A stretch of DNA of 64,000 nt from Candidatus Poribacteria bacterium (GTDB lineage: Bacteria > Poribacteria > WGA-4E > WGA-3G). The translations under genes were made by a program, and so were the position numbers. The notes beneath the pieces are model-generated. The model saw nothing but the letters and a program-made list of their open reading frames with translations, was not told the DNA's origin and did not search any database. Of the stretch, positions 31,206 through 41,351 are shown piece after piece; the first letter of the stretch is position 1, and every line of letters starts with the position of its first letter. The stretch is taken from the NCBI GenBank assembly GCA_963665235.2, contig CAXXLX010000002.1, positions 64,001 to 128,000 on the forward strand, written 5' to 3'.

Positions 31206-34200
31206 ATGTTAAAACGATTGACAAACTTAAACATATTTCTAATTCTACTCTTGACGGTTTCCGTTTGCATATCAGGCATTGCCGAAGCGAACAACGCACC
31301 CACGCCTGTGGGGACAATCCCCGATCAAACGTTACAATTTGGCGGGAGTAATGTCAAATTTAACGTGAAACAATACTTCAGCGATCCCGATGGCGATACG
31401 TTGTCGTTCAAGACGTACCATCGTTCCAATACCACAACAGTAGACATTATCGCCACTGCCGCATGGAATGTCACACTCAAACCCAAAAACGGGGGAACTG
31501 TAACCATAACTTTAATAGCGAGCGACCCTGGCGGTTTAACAGCTTCGCAGTCATTCAGCGTTAAAGTGGAAAAAGGTCCAGAGGCAAGCGGCACAATTCC
31601 CGACGGTTCGCCAGGCATCGGCGGCACAGCATACAGTGTGGACGTGAGCAGCTACTTCACCGACGCAAATGGTGATACATTGACCTACACCGCCAGCTCG
31701 GCAGATACGACAAAAGCAACCGTCAGTGTGTCAGAGTCCACAGTCACTGTCACGGGAGTCGCAGTAGGGACAGCAACAATAACTGTCACAGCCACTGACC
31801 CCGGCGGATTGACCGGAACCCAGACCTTCTCTGTGACAGTGGTACAACCCAACCGCGCACCGACCGCCGTAGGGACAATCAGCAATAAAACTTTGAGAGT
31901 CCGTGACAATCCCATTTCAATTGACGTGAGTAGCAACTTCAGCGATGCCGATGGCGATACGCTAACTTACAGCGCCAGCTCCTCGGACAGCAGCATCGCA
32001 ACGGTGAGTATGTCAAGTGCTACCGCCACCGTCACAGCCATCAGCGGCGGGAATGCCACGATAACCGTCACTGCAACTGACCCCGACGGATTAACCGGAA
32101 CCCAAACCTTTTCTATCCATGTACCAACGCCGATTCCAGATCAACTCTTGCAACTCGATGGAAGCGGGGTCTCCATTAACCTGAGTCTATACTTCAGTTG
32201 GTATTTGGGCTTTAACTTAGATGCAACTAACACTAATTCCGATGTAGTGGGGATAACCCTTCACCGTACCGACCCCCCTCGAATAAGTCTCACACCGAAA
32301 GCAGCGGGGACCGCAACTATTACTGTAACGTTGAATCACAACTCAAAGAGTTTCGACGTTAAGGTGAACAAAGCCCCTGAGGCAAACGGCACAATTCCCG
32401 ACGGTTCGCCAGGCATCGGCGGCGACGCATACAGTGTAGACGTGAGCTCCTACTTCACCGACGCAAACGGCGACCCGTTGACATATACGGCTGTCTCTTC
32501 CGATACCACCAAAGCAACTGTGAGTGTGTCAAATTCGACGGTAACCGTCACAGGCTTGGTAGTAGGGACCGCCACGATAACCGTCACTGCAACAGACCCC
32601 CACAATACGTCTGGAACATCGACCTTCACGGCGAATGTATATCAACCCAACCGCGCACCTGTCGCCGAGGGCACGATTGCCGACCAAAAGGTAAAACTTA
32701 GCGCGAGCACTACCACAGTTGACGTGAGTAGTTATTTCAGTGATGCAGATGGGGATACGTTGACATACGCGGTTACCTCCTCGGATACGGGTGTTGCAAC
32801 CGTGAGCATCTCAAACACCACGGTCACTATCACGCTGGTAGCAACAGGCACCTCCGCTATAACCGTCACTGCAACAGACCCCGCCGGGACATCTGCCACA
32901 CAGACCTTCGACGCAAAGGTCTTCGATGGCCCCATTACTGTCGGGACAATTCCCGATAAGTCACTCATAGCTGCTGATGGCTCTGACCCTAACTATATAG
33001 GCAGTCCTGTGAATCTGGCCGCTTACTTCGATGCTGTTGACGCTTTGACCTATACGGCTGTCTCCTCCGATACCAGCAAAGTCACCGTGAGCCTTTCTGG
33101 TACAGCGGTAACCCTCAAACCCGTGTCAGCTCTGTCAGTAGGCACAGCAACAATAACTGTCCGGGCGACTGACCCCGACGCGAAGTATGCCACACAGACG
33201 TTCACCGTGAAGGTGAAGGGAAAACCGGTCCCCAACGGCACAATTCCCAGTCAAACGATAACAATTGGTGGAAGTAGTATTACAATAAACATTGGCGGCT
33301 ACTTCATCGAGCCTGATGGACAGACCATGACTTATACGGTAAATGACTCGTTCCTCGGCGGCAACGAGCAGGTGGTGTACAGTATAAGTGGCAATATATT
33401 AACCATTACGCCTGGGTCCAATCCTTCCACGGGGACGGGGATAGTAACGATACTTGCAAAGGATCCCGATGGACTGGGTGGGGTGCAGCGATTTAGCCTA
33501 ACAGTGCAGTCGACGACGAACAACGCACCCGCAGCAAGTGGAACCATTCCCGATAGCACCAAGAAGGTTGGGCACACTGCATACAGTGTAGACCTGAGCG
33601 GTTACTTCAGCGACGATGATGGGGATACGTTGACATACACGGCGATCTCCTCCGATACCACCAAAGCCACCGTGAGCCTATCGGCTGCAACGCTTACTGT
33701 CACCCCCGTGGCAGCGGGAACACCAACAATAACCGCAACGGCAACTGACCCGAGTGGCGCGTTCGCGACACAGTCCTTCACCATGACGGTGAGACCAGCA
33801 AACCGCGCACCCGTAGTGAGTACCGAAATTCCCGACCAAAAAATAGAAAGAAGGTCTGGTTCTGGTGTAACTGTTGATCTACCCCTTGGAGATTATTTTA
33901 GCGATGCGGATGGGGATGCGTTGACATACACCGTTAAAACGACTTCAGGGCAGCATGTCGTCTGGGCGGGTTTCCATCCGACAAGGCCCTCGACCACGCT
34001 ATCTCTTGTTTCGATGCCTACAGAATCTCCGAATGATTCAGGAACAACAACAGTAACCGTCACAGCTACAGATACCGAAAGCGAAAGTGTAAGCGATTCG
34101 TTCACCGTTACCACGAGCATACCTCCAACCGCGGTGGGCACAATTCCCGACGTAACTGTGAGTCCCAATGGCGGATCCGGTACGGTGGCTTTGGCGGGTA

Positions 34201-35882
34201 CCTTCAGCGACGATGATGGGGATACTTTAACTTACTCGGCGAGTTCTTCCGATACCACCAAAGCAACGACCCAGATAGTGTCCCAGCCATTCTTCGGTGT
34301 TCGAATCGATGGAAAAAACGGTGGGCCAGTGACAGTAACAGTAACTGCCACAGATCCCGCCGGTTTTACAGCGTCCCATACCATAAAGGTAGCTGTAGGC
34401 AATCCGCCGACCACTGTGGGAACAATACCGAATAGAACCAGTAAGTTCGGGTGGGGGAATATCAATACGGATGTCAGCTCCTATTTCAACGAGCCTGATG
34501 GGCAGGCGTTGTCCTACTCAGCCAGCTCTTCAAATACCGGGGTAGCATCAGTGAGTGTATCGGGTTCAACTGTCACGGCTAAGCCACAGGGAACAGGGAA
34601 CTCGACGATAACTGTCACAGCCTCGGATCCGAGCGGGTTGACCGCAACCCAAACCTTTATTGTCTATATTCTGCCCGGTTTCGCAGACGCTATTCCGGGA
34701 CTGAGCAGTGAGGAGCAATTGCTACTCGGACAGTTGCTGACGTATGACACAATCATTTTCAATGAACTCCACAACAGCTCAGACGATACAAACGATTGGT
34801 TGGAACTCCGAAACGTCAGTGGTGCTGACCTTCCGCTTGATGACTGGCAACTGACTGTCCGGACAGAGAGCGGTGAGGCAGTTATCAAGTTCCCCGCAGG
34901 CACGGTTATCCCCGCAGGTGATGTCCTCCTACTCACCAACACAGCGGGAGGTCGCGAGCAAAGCTCGCTCCTACAAGAAGATGGCGAGATGGCGACAGCC
35001 GATGATATGTCTGTGTTATCTGTGGTTTCTGAAGCCTTTGTGTTGCCACAGGCGGCATTTGCATTGATCCTACGAAGTCCGACAGTGTTCGGTGATATAG
35101 CCGGCAACTACTTTGAAGGGGACCGCCCAGAAACCGCCCCCGCGTTCACCGTAGACACGGCATGGGACCGCACCCAGCCGGTTGCCTTCGGGTATCGCGC
35201 CGAGGCGTGGGCAAAGAGCACCTATCAAAATGGGTTGGGCACCCCCGGCTATCTGTTACCCTCTAATAGAAGCGACCTGAACAGGGATGGGGTTGTGAAC
35301 ATCTTTGATTTAGTGTTAGTCGCCTCGCAATTCGGGACGACAAGCACAACTGCCGATCTGAATGGTGACGGCACTGTCAGCATGGCAGATTTAGCGTTAG
35401 TTGCCGGGGCGTTAGGTCCCGCTATCGGTGCACCAACAGCGAGTCAGTCCACTGCCGCGGTTGTCAACAATTGGCTGAAGCTTGCGCGTCAAAACGCATC
35501 AAATGTCGTGAAAACGTCTATCCCAGAAGGGTTCTCTTACGCCCGCGGGATACAGGTGCTTGAAGACTTAGCACGTGCGTTGACACCTGATGCAACCGCG
35601 CTCTTAGCGAACTATCCGAACCCGTTCAATCCAGAGACATGGATACCGTATCAGTTATCAAAAACGGCTGACGTAACGATAACGATATATGCGTCAGATG
35701 GGAACGTTGTTCGGACGTTAGCATTAGGGCATAGGGATGCGGGCATGTATAAGACCCGTAGTCAAGCCGCGTATTGGGATGGCAAAAATGCGTTCGGCGA
35801 GTCCGTAGCCAGCGGTGTGTATTTCTACACCCTCACCGCCGGTGACTTCTCCGCCACGCGCAAAATGCTCATCCTCAAATAA
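31206..35882 (+). CDS. Surface protein paralog 9: signal peptide + ~12 Ig-like repeats + constant cassette
   Basis: AAGGAG RBS, then ATG 31206 (MLKRLTNLNIF...). Conserved repeats and tail. Confidence 0.93.
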   Translation: MLKRLTNLNIFLILLLTVSVCISGIAEANNAPTPVGTIPDQTLQFGGSNVKFNVKQYFSDPDGDTLSFKTYHRSNTTTVDIIATAAWNVTLKPKNGGTVTITLIASDPGGLTASQSFSVKVEKGPEASGTIPDGSPGIGGTAYSVDVSSYFTDANGDTLTYTASSADTTKATVSVSESTVTVTGVAVGTATITVTATDPGGLTGTQTFSVTVVQPNRAPTAVGTISNKTLRVRDNPISIDVSSNFSDADGDTLTYSASSSDSSIATVSMSSATATVTAISGGNATITVTATDPDGLTGTQTFSIHVPTPIPDQLLQLDGSGVSINLSLYFSWYLGFNLDATNTNSDVVGITLHRTDPPRISLTPKAAGTATITVTLNHNSKSFDVKVNKAPEANGTIPDGSPGIGGDAYSVDVSSYFTDANGDPLTYTAVSSDTTKATVSVSNSTVTVTGLVVGTATITVTATDPHNTSGTSTFTANVYQPNRAPVAEGTIADQKVKLSASTTTVDVSSYFSDADGDTLTYAVTSSDTGVATVSISNTTVTITLVATGTSAITVTATDPAGTSATQTFDAKVFDGPITVGTIPDKSLIAADGSDPNYIGSPVNLAAYFDAVDALTYTAVSSDTSKVTVSLSGTAVTLKPVSALSVGTATITVRATDPDAKYATQTFTVKVKGKPVPNGTIPSQTITIGGSSITINIGGYFIEPDGQTMTYTVNDSFLGGNEQVVYSISGNILTITPGSNPSTGTGIVTILAKDPDGLGGVQRFSLTVQSTTNNAPAASGTIPDSTKKVGHTAYSVDLSGYFSDDDGDTLTYTAISSDTTKATVSLSAATLTVTPVAAGTPTITATATDPSGAFATQSFTMTVRPANRAPVVSTEIPDQKIERRSGSGVTVDLPLGDYFSDADGDALTYTVKTTSGQHVVWAGFHPTRPSTTLSLVSMPTESPNDSGTTTVTVTATDTESESVSDSFTVTTSIPPTAVGTIPDVTVSPNGGSGTVALAGTFSDDDGDTLTYSASSSDTTKATTQIVSQPFFGVRIDGKNGGPVTVTVTATDPAGFTASHTIKVAVGNPPTTVGTIPNRTSKFGWGNINTDVSSYFNEPDGQALSYSASSSNTGVASVSVSGSTVTAKPQGTGNSTITVTASDPSGLTATQTFIVYILPGFADAIPGLSSEEQLLLGQLLTYDTIIFNELHNSSDDTNDWLELRNVSGADLPLDDWQLTVRTESGEAVIKFPAGTVIPAGDVLLLTNTAGGREQSSLLQEDGEMATADDMSVLSVVSEAFVLPQAAFALILRSPTVFGDIAGNYFEGDRPETAPAFTVDTAWDRTQPVAFGYRAEAWAKSTYQNGLGTPGYLLPSNRSDLNRDGVVNIFDLVLVASQFGTTSTTADLNGDGTVSMADLALVAGALGPAIGAPTASQSTAAVVNNWLKLARQNASNVVKTSIPEGFSYARGIQVLEDLARALTPDATALLANYPNPFNPETWIPYQLSKTADVTITIYASDGNVVRTLALGHRDAGMYKTRSQAAYWDGKNAFGESVASGVYFYTLTAGDFSATRKMLILK

Positions 35883-35890
35883 TTATTATT

Positions 35891-36030
35891 TGTCAGAATC
35901 GCGGAAAACACAGAGGACACAGAGGACACGGAAAGAAGAGGTTGTTTGCTAACCTGTCCGCATTTGTGAAGGGGAACTGAAATGCACAAAAGTCCCTTCC
36001 GCGTTTTCCGCGCATTCCGCGATTCAGACA
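35891..36030. repeat. Inverted-repeat element bounded by TGTCAGAATCGCGGA / TCCGCGATTCAGACA with internal 9-bp periodic repeats
   Basis: Both arms are present here. Single arms occur at ~7428, 11690-11762, 19490-19524, 20360-20393, 24047-24103, 31120-31186 and 57690-57730. Confidence 0.75.
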
Positions 36031-36077
36031 CAAAAGAGAGCAGAAGTTTAATAAATTTATTTAAGGAGAACATAATA

Positions 36078-39000
36078 ATGTTACGACAATGGAAAATCCT
36101 AATTATTTCTTTAGCATTAATCATCGTAGGTTCCGTTTTCATGCTAGGCGTTGACGAGGCATTCGCCGCGCCAAATCCGCCAAGCTCTTTCAGTGTATCC
36201 AACGTGACCAGTAAAGGCTTTAAAATCAGCTGGTCGGGTGGCCCGGGCTTTGGATGGTACGCTGACAAGTGGAACTTCCGACACCGAAAAAAGGGCGACA
36301 CAGACTGGACGGAGCAAGGTGAAGGTGGCTATGATTCAATTTCGATTTCTGGTCTAAAGGCAGCCACCACTTATGAATACCAAGTGAAGACTCTGGCCGG
36401 AACTTTTGGTTTTTTTAAGAAATGGACCAGCTGGTCGTCAACACAGGAGGCAACGACGAACAGTCCTCCACAGACGAAAGGGACCATGCCCAACAAAACG
36501 CTCAAAGTTGAGACTAACACGACAATAGATGTGAGCGGTTATTTCACCGATGCCGACAACGATACACTCACCTATGCGGCATCCGTAGAGAATACCGATG
36601 CAAACGTCAGCGTGAGCCTATCAGAGGCAACGTTAACCCTCACACCGGGCGCGAGTGTCGGGACAGCCACAGTCACGGTGACCGCCAGTGATGTGGACAG
36701 CACCGCCACGCAGACCTTCACGGCAACGGTGACTCCAAATCAGGCACCGCAGCCGGTGGGGACAATTCCGGACCAAACACTAAAGGTCGGTGGTACTGAC
36801 CATCTCGGACCTCTGGCAGTCGTTATAATTAATAATATAAGGTTCTATTTCAGCGACTCTGATGACCATACGTTAACCTATAGTGCAACCTCATCCGATA
36901 CGAGCATAGCCACAGTGAGTGTTGCAGAATCAACCTTTATGACCCAATTACTCACCAGGGCTGTAGGTGAGGGGTCGGCGACAATCACCGTCACAGCAAC
37001 GGATAGCCTCGGTGCCACCGCCACACAGACCTTCACGGCAACTGTGCAGCCAAACTCCGCACCGACCACGGTGGGCTCTATTCCTGCCCAAACGGTATCT
37101 TTGAGTGGATCCGCTGAGACAGTAGATGTGAGTAGTTACTTCAGCGATGCCGATAATAATCCGCTAACCTACACTGCAACCCCATCAGATACGAGCACAG
37201 CCACAGTGAATATCGTGGTGTCAGACGCAACGCTCACCATCATCCCAGTAGTTGCAGGGTCGGCGACAATCACCGTCACCGCAACGGATACCGCCAACGC
37301 AACTGCGACACAGACTATCTCTGTCACGGTCGTTACAAACCGAGCACCGGTGCCGGAGGGAACTATTCCAACCCAAACCTTGGGTGTCGGCGGCACAGCT
37401 GCGACAGTGGATATGAGTCCCTACTTCAGCGACCCCGATGGGAATTCACTAACCTATGTTGCAAGACCAGCCGATACGAGCATCGTCACAGTGACCCGGT
37501 CAGGGTCAACGTTCACCATCACACCCGTGGCTGCGGGCACGACGACAATCACCGCGCAGGCGAGTGATGACAGCAACGCATCCGTTACGCAGACCTTCTC
37601 TGTCACAGTCGTTTCAAATAGAACCCCGATCAAGGTGGGTACAATTTCGAGCCAATTGGCGAGAGTCGGTAGCACTGCTGTGACACTTGATGTGAGTCCC
37701 TACTTCAGCGACCGCGATGGACATACATTAACCTATAGCGCAACCTCATCTAGCACAAGCAGAGCTACAGTAAGCCTGTCAGGATCAACCGTAACCATCA
37801 CCGCAGTGGCTGCGGGGTGGTCAACAATAAGAGTGAAAGCCACAGACATCCACAACGCAAGTACCACACAGAGTTTCTCGGTCAAGGTCGTTGCAAGCGA
37901 CGCGGTGGTCCGTGTGGGTACAATTCCGGCACAAACGGTGGCACTGAGTGGAACTGGCGTTGCGACAGTGGATGTAAGTAATTACTTCAGCGGTCCCGAT
38001 GGCGATACGTTAACCTATAGTGCAACCTCATCCAGTACGAGCAGAGCCACAGTGAGCGTGTCAGACGCAACGGTAACCATCACCGGCGTAGCTGCGGGGT
38101 GGTCGACAATAAGGGTGACCGCGACAAATAGCAGCAACGCATCCGCTACACAGAGTTTCTCTACCAGGGTCTATGCAAACCGCGCACCGACCAAGGTGGG
38201 CACAATTCCGACGCTCAATACTGCTCAGACTTGGAATGAGCAGTTCGGCGTTAGCAGCTATTTCAGCGACCCCGATGGCAATACATTGACCTACGCCGCA
38301 AGCTCCTCTGATGACACTATAGCCGAGGCAGGCATTAGTAGCACGGATAGTTCGGCGGTGTATGTCTTCGGAAATGGTGTGGGAACAGCGACAATTACGG
38401 TAACGGCAACAGATCCAAGCAGTGCGACTGCTACGCAGACCTTCTCCGTTGAAGTCGCTGCCGAGGTACACCAGGTTGATGCCGTGCCGGGTCTCAGCAG
38501 CCAAGAAATATCGCAACTCGCGGCATTGCTCACATACAATACGGTTATCATCAATGAACTCCACAACGGTTCTGTTGATGCCACCGACTGGCTGGAACTC
38601 CGAAATGTCAGTGGTGCAGCACTTCCGTTGGACGACTATCAACTCACGATTCGAACGAGCAGAGGGAATGTGATCGTCCCGTTCCCCGCTGGCACGGTTA
38701 TCCCCGCAGGTGATGTCCTCCTACTCACCAACACAGCGGGAGGTCGCGAGCAAAGCTCGCTCCTACAAGAAGATGGCGAGATGGCAACAGCGGATGATAT
38801 GTCCGTGTTATCTGTGGTTTCTGAAAAGTTTGTGTTGCCACAAGCACCGTTTGCCTTAATCCTACGAAGTCCGACAGTGTTCGGTGATATCGCAGGGAAT
38901 TACGTTCAAGGCGAAGCCGTAGCACCGACCCCCGCATTCACCGTAGACACGGCATGGGACCGCACGCAGCCGGTTGGATTCGGGTATCGCGCCGAGGCGT

Positions 39001-39674
39001 GGGCAAAGAGCACGTATCAAAATGGACTCGGCTCCCCAGGCTATCATCCTATGATGCCATCAACGGATTTGAATAACGATGGGGTTGTGAACATCTTCGA
39101 TTTGGTGTTAGTCGCCTCACAGTTCGGGACGACAAGTGCAACCGCCGATTTGAATGGTGATGGCACTGTCAACATGGCAGATTTAGCGTTAGTTGCTGAT
39201 GCGTTAGGGCCCGCTATCGGTGCACCGACAGCGAATCGGTCTGCTGCCGCTGTCGTCAACAATTGGCTGCGTCTCGCACGTCAAAGCGAATCAAAAATTG
39301 TCAAAACCGCTATGCCAAAAGGTTTTTCCTACAGACGCGGGATACAGGTACTTGAAGAGTTAGCACGCGCGCTAACACCGGGGACAACCGCACTCTTAGC
39401 GAACTATCCGAACCCGTTCAATCCGGAGACATGGATACCGTATCAGTTATCAAAAACGGCTGACGTGACGGTAACCATCTATGCCTCGGATGGGAACGTT
39501 GTTCGGACGTTAGCATTAGGGCATAGGGATGCGGGCATGTATAAGACCCGTAGTCAAGCCGCGTATTGGGATGGCAAAAACGAGATAGGCGAGTCCGTAG
39601 CCAGCGGTGTGTATTTCTACACCCTCACCGCCGGTGACTTCTCCGCCACCCGCAAAATGCTCATCCTCAAATAA
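36078..39674 (+). CDS. Surface protein paralog 10: signal peptide + FN3 + 7 Ig-like repeats + constant cassette
   Basis: TAAGGAG RBS, then ATG 36078 (MLRQWKILII...DEAFA). Conserved repeats and tail. Confidence 0.93.
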   Translation: MLRQWKILIISLALIIVGSVFMLGVDEAFAAPNPPSSFSVSNVTSKGFKISWSGGPGFGWYADKWNFRHRKKGDTDWTEQGEGGYDSISISGLKAATTYEYQVKTLAGTFGFFKKWTSWSSTQEATTNSPPQTKGTMPNKTLKVETNTTIDVSGYFTDADNDTLTYAASVENTDANVSVSLSEATLTLTPGASVGTATVTVTASDVDSTATQTFTATVTPNQAPQPVGTIPDQTLKVGGTDHLGPLAVVIINNIRFYFSDSDDHTLTYSATSSDTSIATVSVAESTFMTQLLTRAVGEGSATITVTATDSLGATATQTFTATVQPNSAPTTVGSIPAQTVSLSGSAETVDVSSYFSDADNNPLTYTATPSDTSTATVNIVVSDATLTIIPVVAGSATITVTATDTANATATQTISVTVVTNRAPVPEGTIPTQTLGVGGTAATVDMSPYFSDPDGNSLTYVARPADTSIVTVTRSGSTFTITPVAAGTTTITAQASDDSNASVTQTFSVTVVSNRTPIKVGTISSQLARVGSTAVTLDVSPYFSDRDGHTLTYSATSSSTSRATVSLSGSTVTITAVAAGWSTIRVKATDIHNASTTQSFSVKVVASDAVVRVGTIPAQTVALSGTGVATVDVSNYFSGPDGDTLTYSATSSSTSRATVSVSDATVTITGVAAGWSTIRVTATNSSNASATQSFSTRVYANRAPTKVGTIPTLNTAQTWNEQFGVSSYFSDPDGNTLTYAASSSDDTIAEAGISSTDSSAVYVFGNGVGTATITVTATDPSSATATQTFSVEVAAEVHQVDAVPGLSSQEISQLAALLTYNTVIINELHNGSVDATDWLELRNVSGAALPLDDYQLTIRTSRGNVIVPFPAGTVIPAGDVLLLTNTAGGREQSSLLQEDGEMATADDMSVLSVVSEKFVLPQAPFALILRSPTVFGDIAGNYVQGEAVAPTPAFTVDTAWDRTQPVGFGYRAEAWAKSTYQNGLGSPGYHPMMPSTDLNNDGVVNIFDLVLVASQFGTTSATADLNGDGTVNMADLALVADALGPAIGAPTANRSAAAVVNNWLRLARQSESKIVKTAMPKGFSYRRGIQVLEELARALTPGTTALLANYPNPFNPETWIPYQLSKTADVTVTIYASDGNVVRTLALGHRDAGMYKTRSQAAYWDGKNEIGESVASGVYFYTLTAGDFSATRKMLILK

Positions 39675-39864
39675 TGTACTTAATCGGCGAGGTTTTGCGG
39701 CGTACTCGCCCAAATGCGACGTGCATTCACAACCTCGCCAGCAATCGAGAGGGCGTAAATCCTAGCTATAACGCTAGCCTGAACTTTAAATATTAACCTA
39801 AGTTGCCACATAGTAGCATAATCTTCCAGATTGTGCATATGTGCCACATAGTAGCATAATCTTC

Positions 39865-41020
39865 ATGAAGATTAAGAAATTAATTCGGTAATTTCTGTTT
39901 TTATGTTATCCTATTGTCCCAGGAGGTATTGTCTTATGTCAAAACGCCATGAACTTGAACTCAGTAAAGATGAACGCCAAAGACTGATTGAACTCCGCGA
40001 TACAGGGGAACCCGCTTATCTTCGGGAACGTGCGGCTGCCCTGCTAAAGATAGCCGCGGGAACTTCTCCACACCGAGATCCGGACACTGTTTATGCCTGG
40101 CTTCGCCGATACCAAGAAGAGGGCATTCAAGGATTGTTTCATAGACCGGGCCGTGGCCGCAAACCCGCGTTCGCCCCCAAATCCCCCGAAGAAGCAGAAA
40201 CCGAGGCGTTGACGGCTATAGGACAAGACCCGGGACAAGTCAAGGCACATCAAACGCGCTGGACGCTTCGCACGGTTGGCGAGGTTGTGCCGTGGCTTGC
40301 TAATATCTCTGTGCCGGGTATCCATCAAATCTTCTCACGCCTGGGCATCAGCTATAAGCGTGCTAGACTGTATTTGCAGAGTCCGGATACAGACTATGCC
40401 AAGAAAATCGAACGGATACAGCAAGTTTTAGAAGAGACCCATCAAAACCCACGAACACGGCTGTGCTTTATCAAGATGAGTTCTCATTTTACCGAAACCC
40501 CACTATAGCAAAAGACTGGGCACAGACAGGGACAAAAACGCCATTAGCCCATCAGAATCAATCGGATAAAACTATTTATGGTATCGGTGCTATGAACCCC
40601 CATACAGGAGACGTTGTTTATCAGCAAGTGCCAAGCTGCACAGTTGTAGCCCTCCATACATTTTATACCGAGATTTGCCAACGCTATCCCGACAAGCAAC
40701 GGATTTATCTTATCCAAGATAATCGGGCGATACATTTTCACGCCAATTTGATGGAGGCACTGCTGCCGCAATCGGTCTCCTTTGTGAAACCGACCCCGCC
40801 GAATTGGACCGGAAAACTTTCCGAGAAAATCGGTGAACTGACAAAACTCCCGATTGAAATAGTGCAGCTGCCGACTTATGCGCCGTGGACAAATCCGATT
40901 GAGAAGTTATGGCGATGCGGCAATCGGTTCTGCATATCCATCGCCTCTGCGATGAGTGGGAGACCCTCAAAGACAAGGTGCTTGACTTTATGACACAGTT
41001 TAGAGGCGGCTCACAAGCAT
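39865..41020 (+). mobile_element. Degenerate IS630-family element (transposase pseudogene from ATG 39936, frameshifts near 40460 and 40917, right end lost)
   Basis: HTH region (TVYAWLRRYQEEGIQGL..RPGRGRKP), WT motif, and DDE motifs LYQDE, IQDN..IH, LPTYAPWTNPIEKLW spread over three frames. AGGAGG RBS at 39921. The 3' end runs directly into the 42-bp repeat array. Confidence 0.88.
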
Positions 41021-41230
41021 TGCCACATAGTAGCATAATCTTCCAGATTGTGCATATTTGTGTGCCACATAGTAGCATAATCTTCCAGATTGTGCATATT
41101 TGTGTGCCACATAGTAGCATAATCTTCCAGATTGTGCATATTTGTGTGCCACATAGTAGCATAATCTTCCAGATTGTGCATATTTGTGTGCCACATAGTA
41201 GCATAATCTTCCAGATTGTGCATATTTGTG
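41021..41230 (+). repeat. Tandem array: 5 x 42 bp (TGCCACATAGTAGCATAATCTTCCAGATTGTGCATATTTGTG), plus ~1.5 copies at 39804-39864
   Basis: Units start at 41021, 41063, 41105, 41147 and 41189 and are identical. Confidence 0.95.
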
Positions 41231-41351
41231 TGCAAATTGGAAGTGAACCGGACAAATATTAGCTAATTATCAGCATATTTTCATTAAAGACGGTGTTTCC
41301 AGGTCTAAAAACTTATAAGTAGCAACTTGGGTAATATTACAAGGAGACATA

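Larger units (their letters stand above)
39796..41332 (+). mobile_element. MITE family A, expanded copy containing a 42-bp tandem array and a nested IS630 remnant
   Basis: TIR ACCTAAGTTGC / GCAACTTGGGT; 7-bp TSD AATATTA (39789-39795 and 41333-41339). The empty site AAATATTACAAGGAG is seen upstream of paralog 2. Confidence 0.88.

Noticed and set aside
40440-40510. Programmed frameshift producing an active IS630 transposase
   Set aside because: A second frameshift near 40917 and loss of the right end indicate a decayed element.
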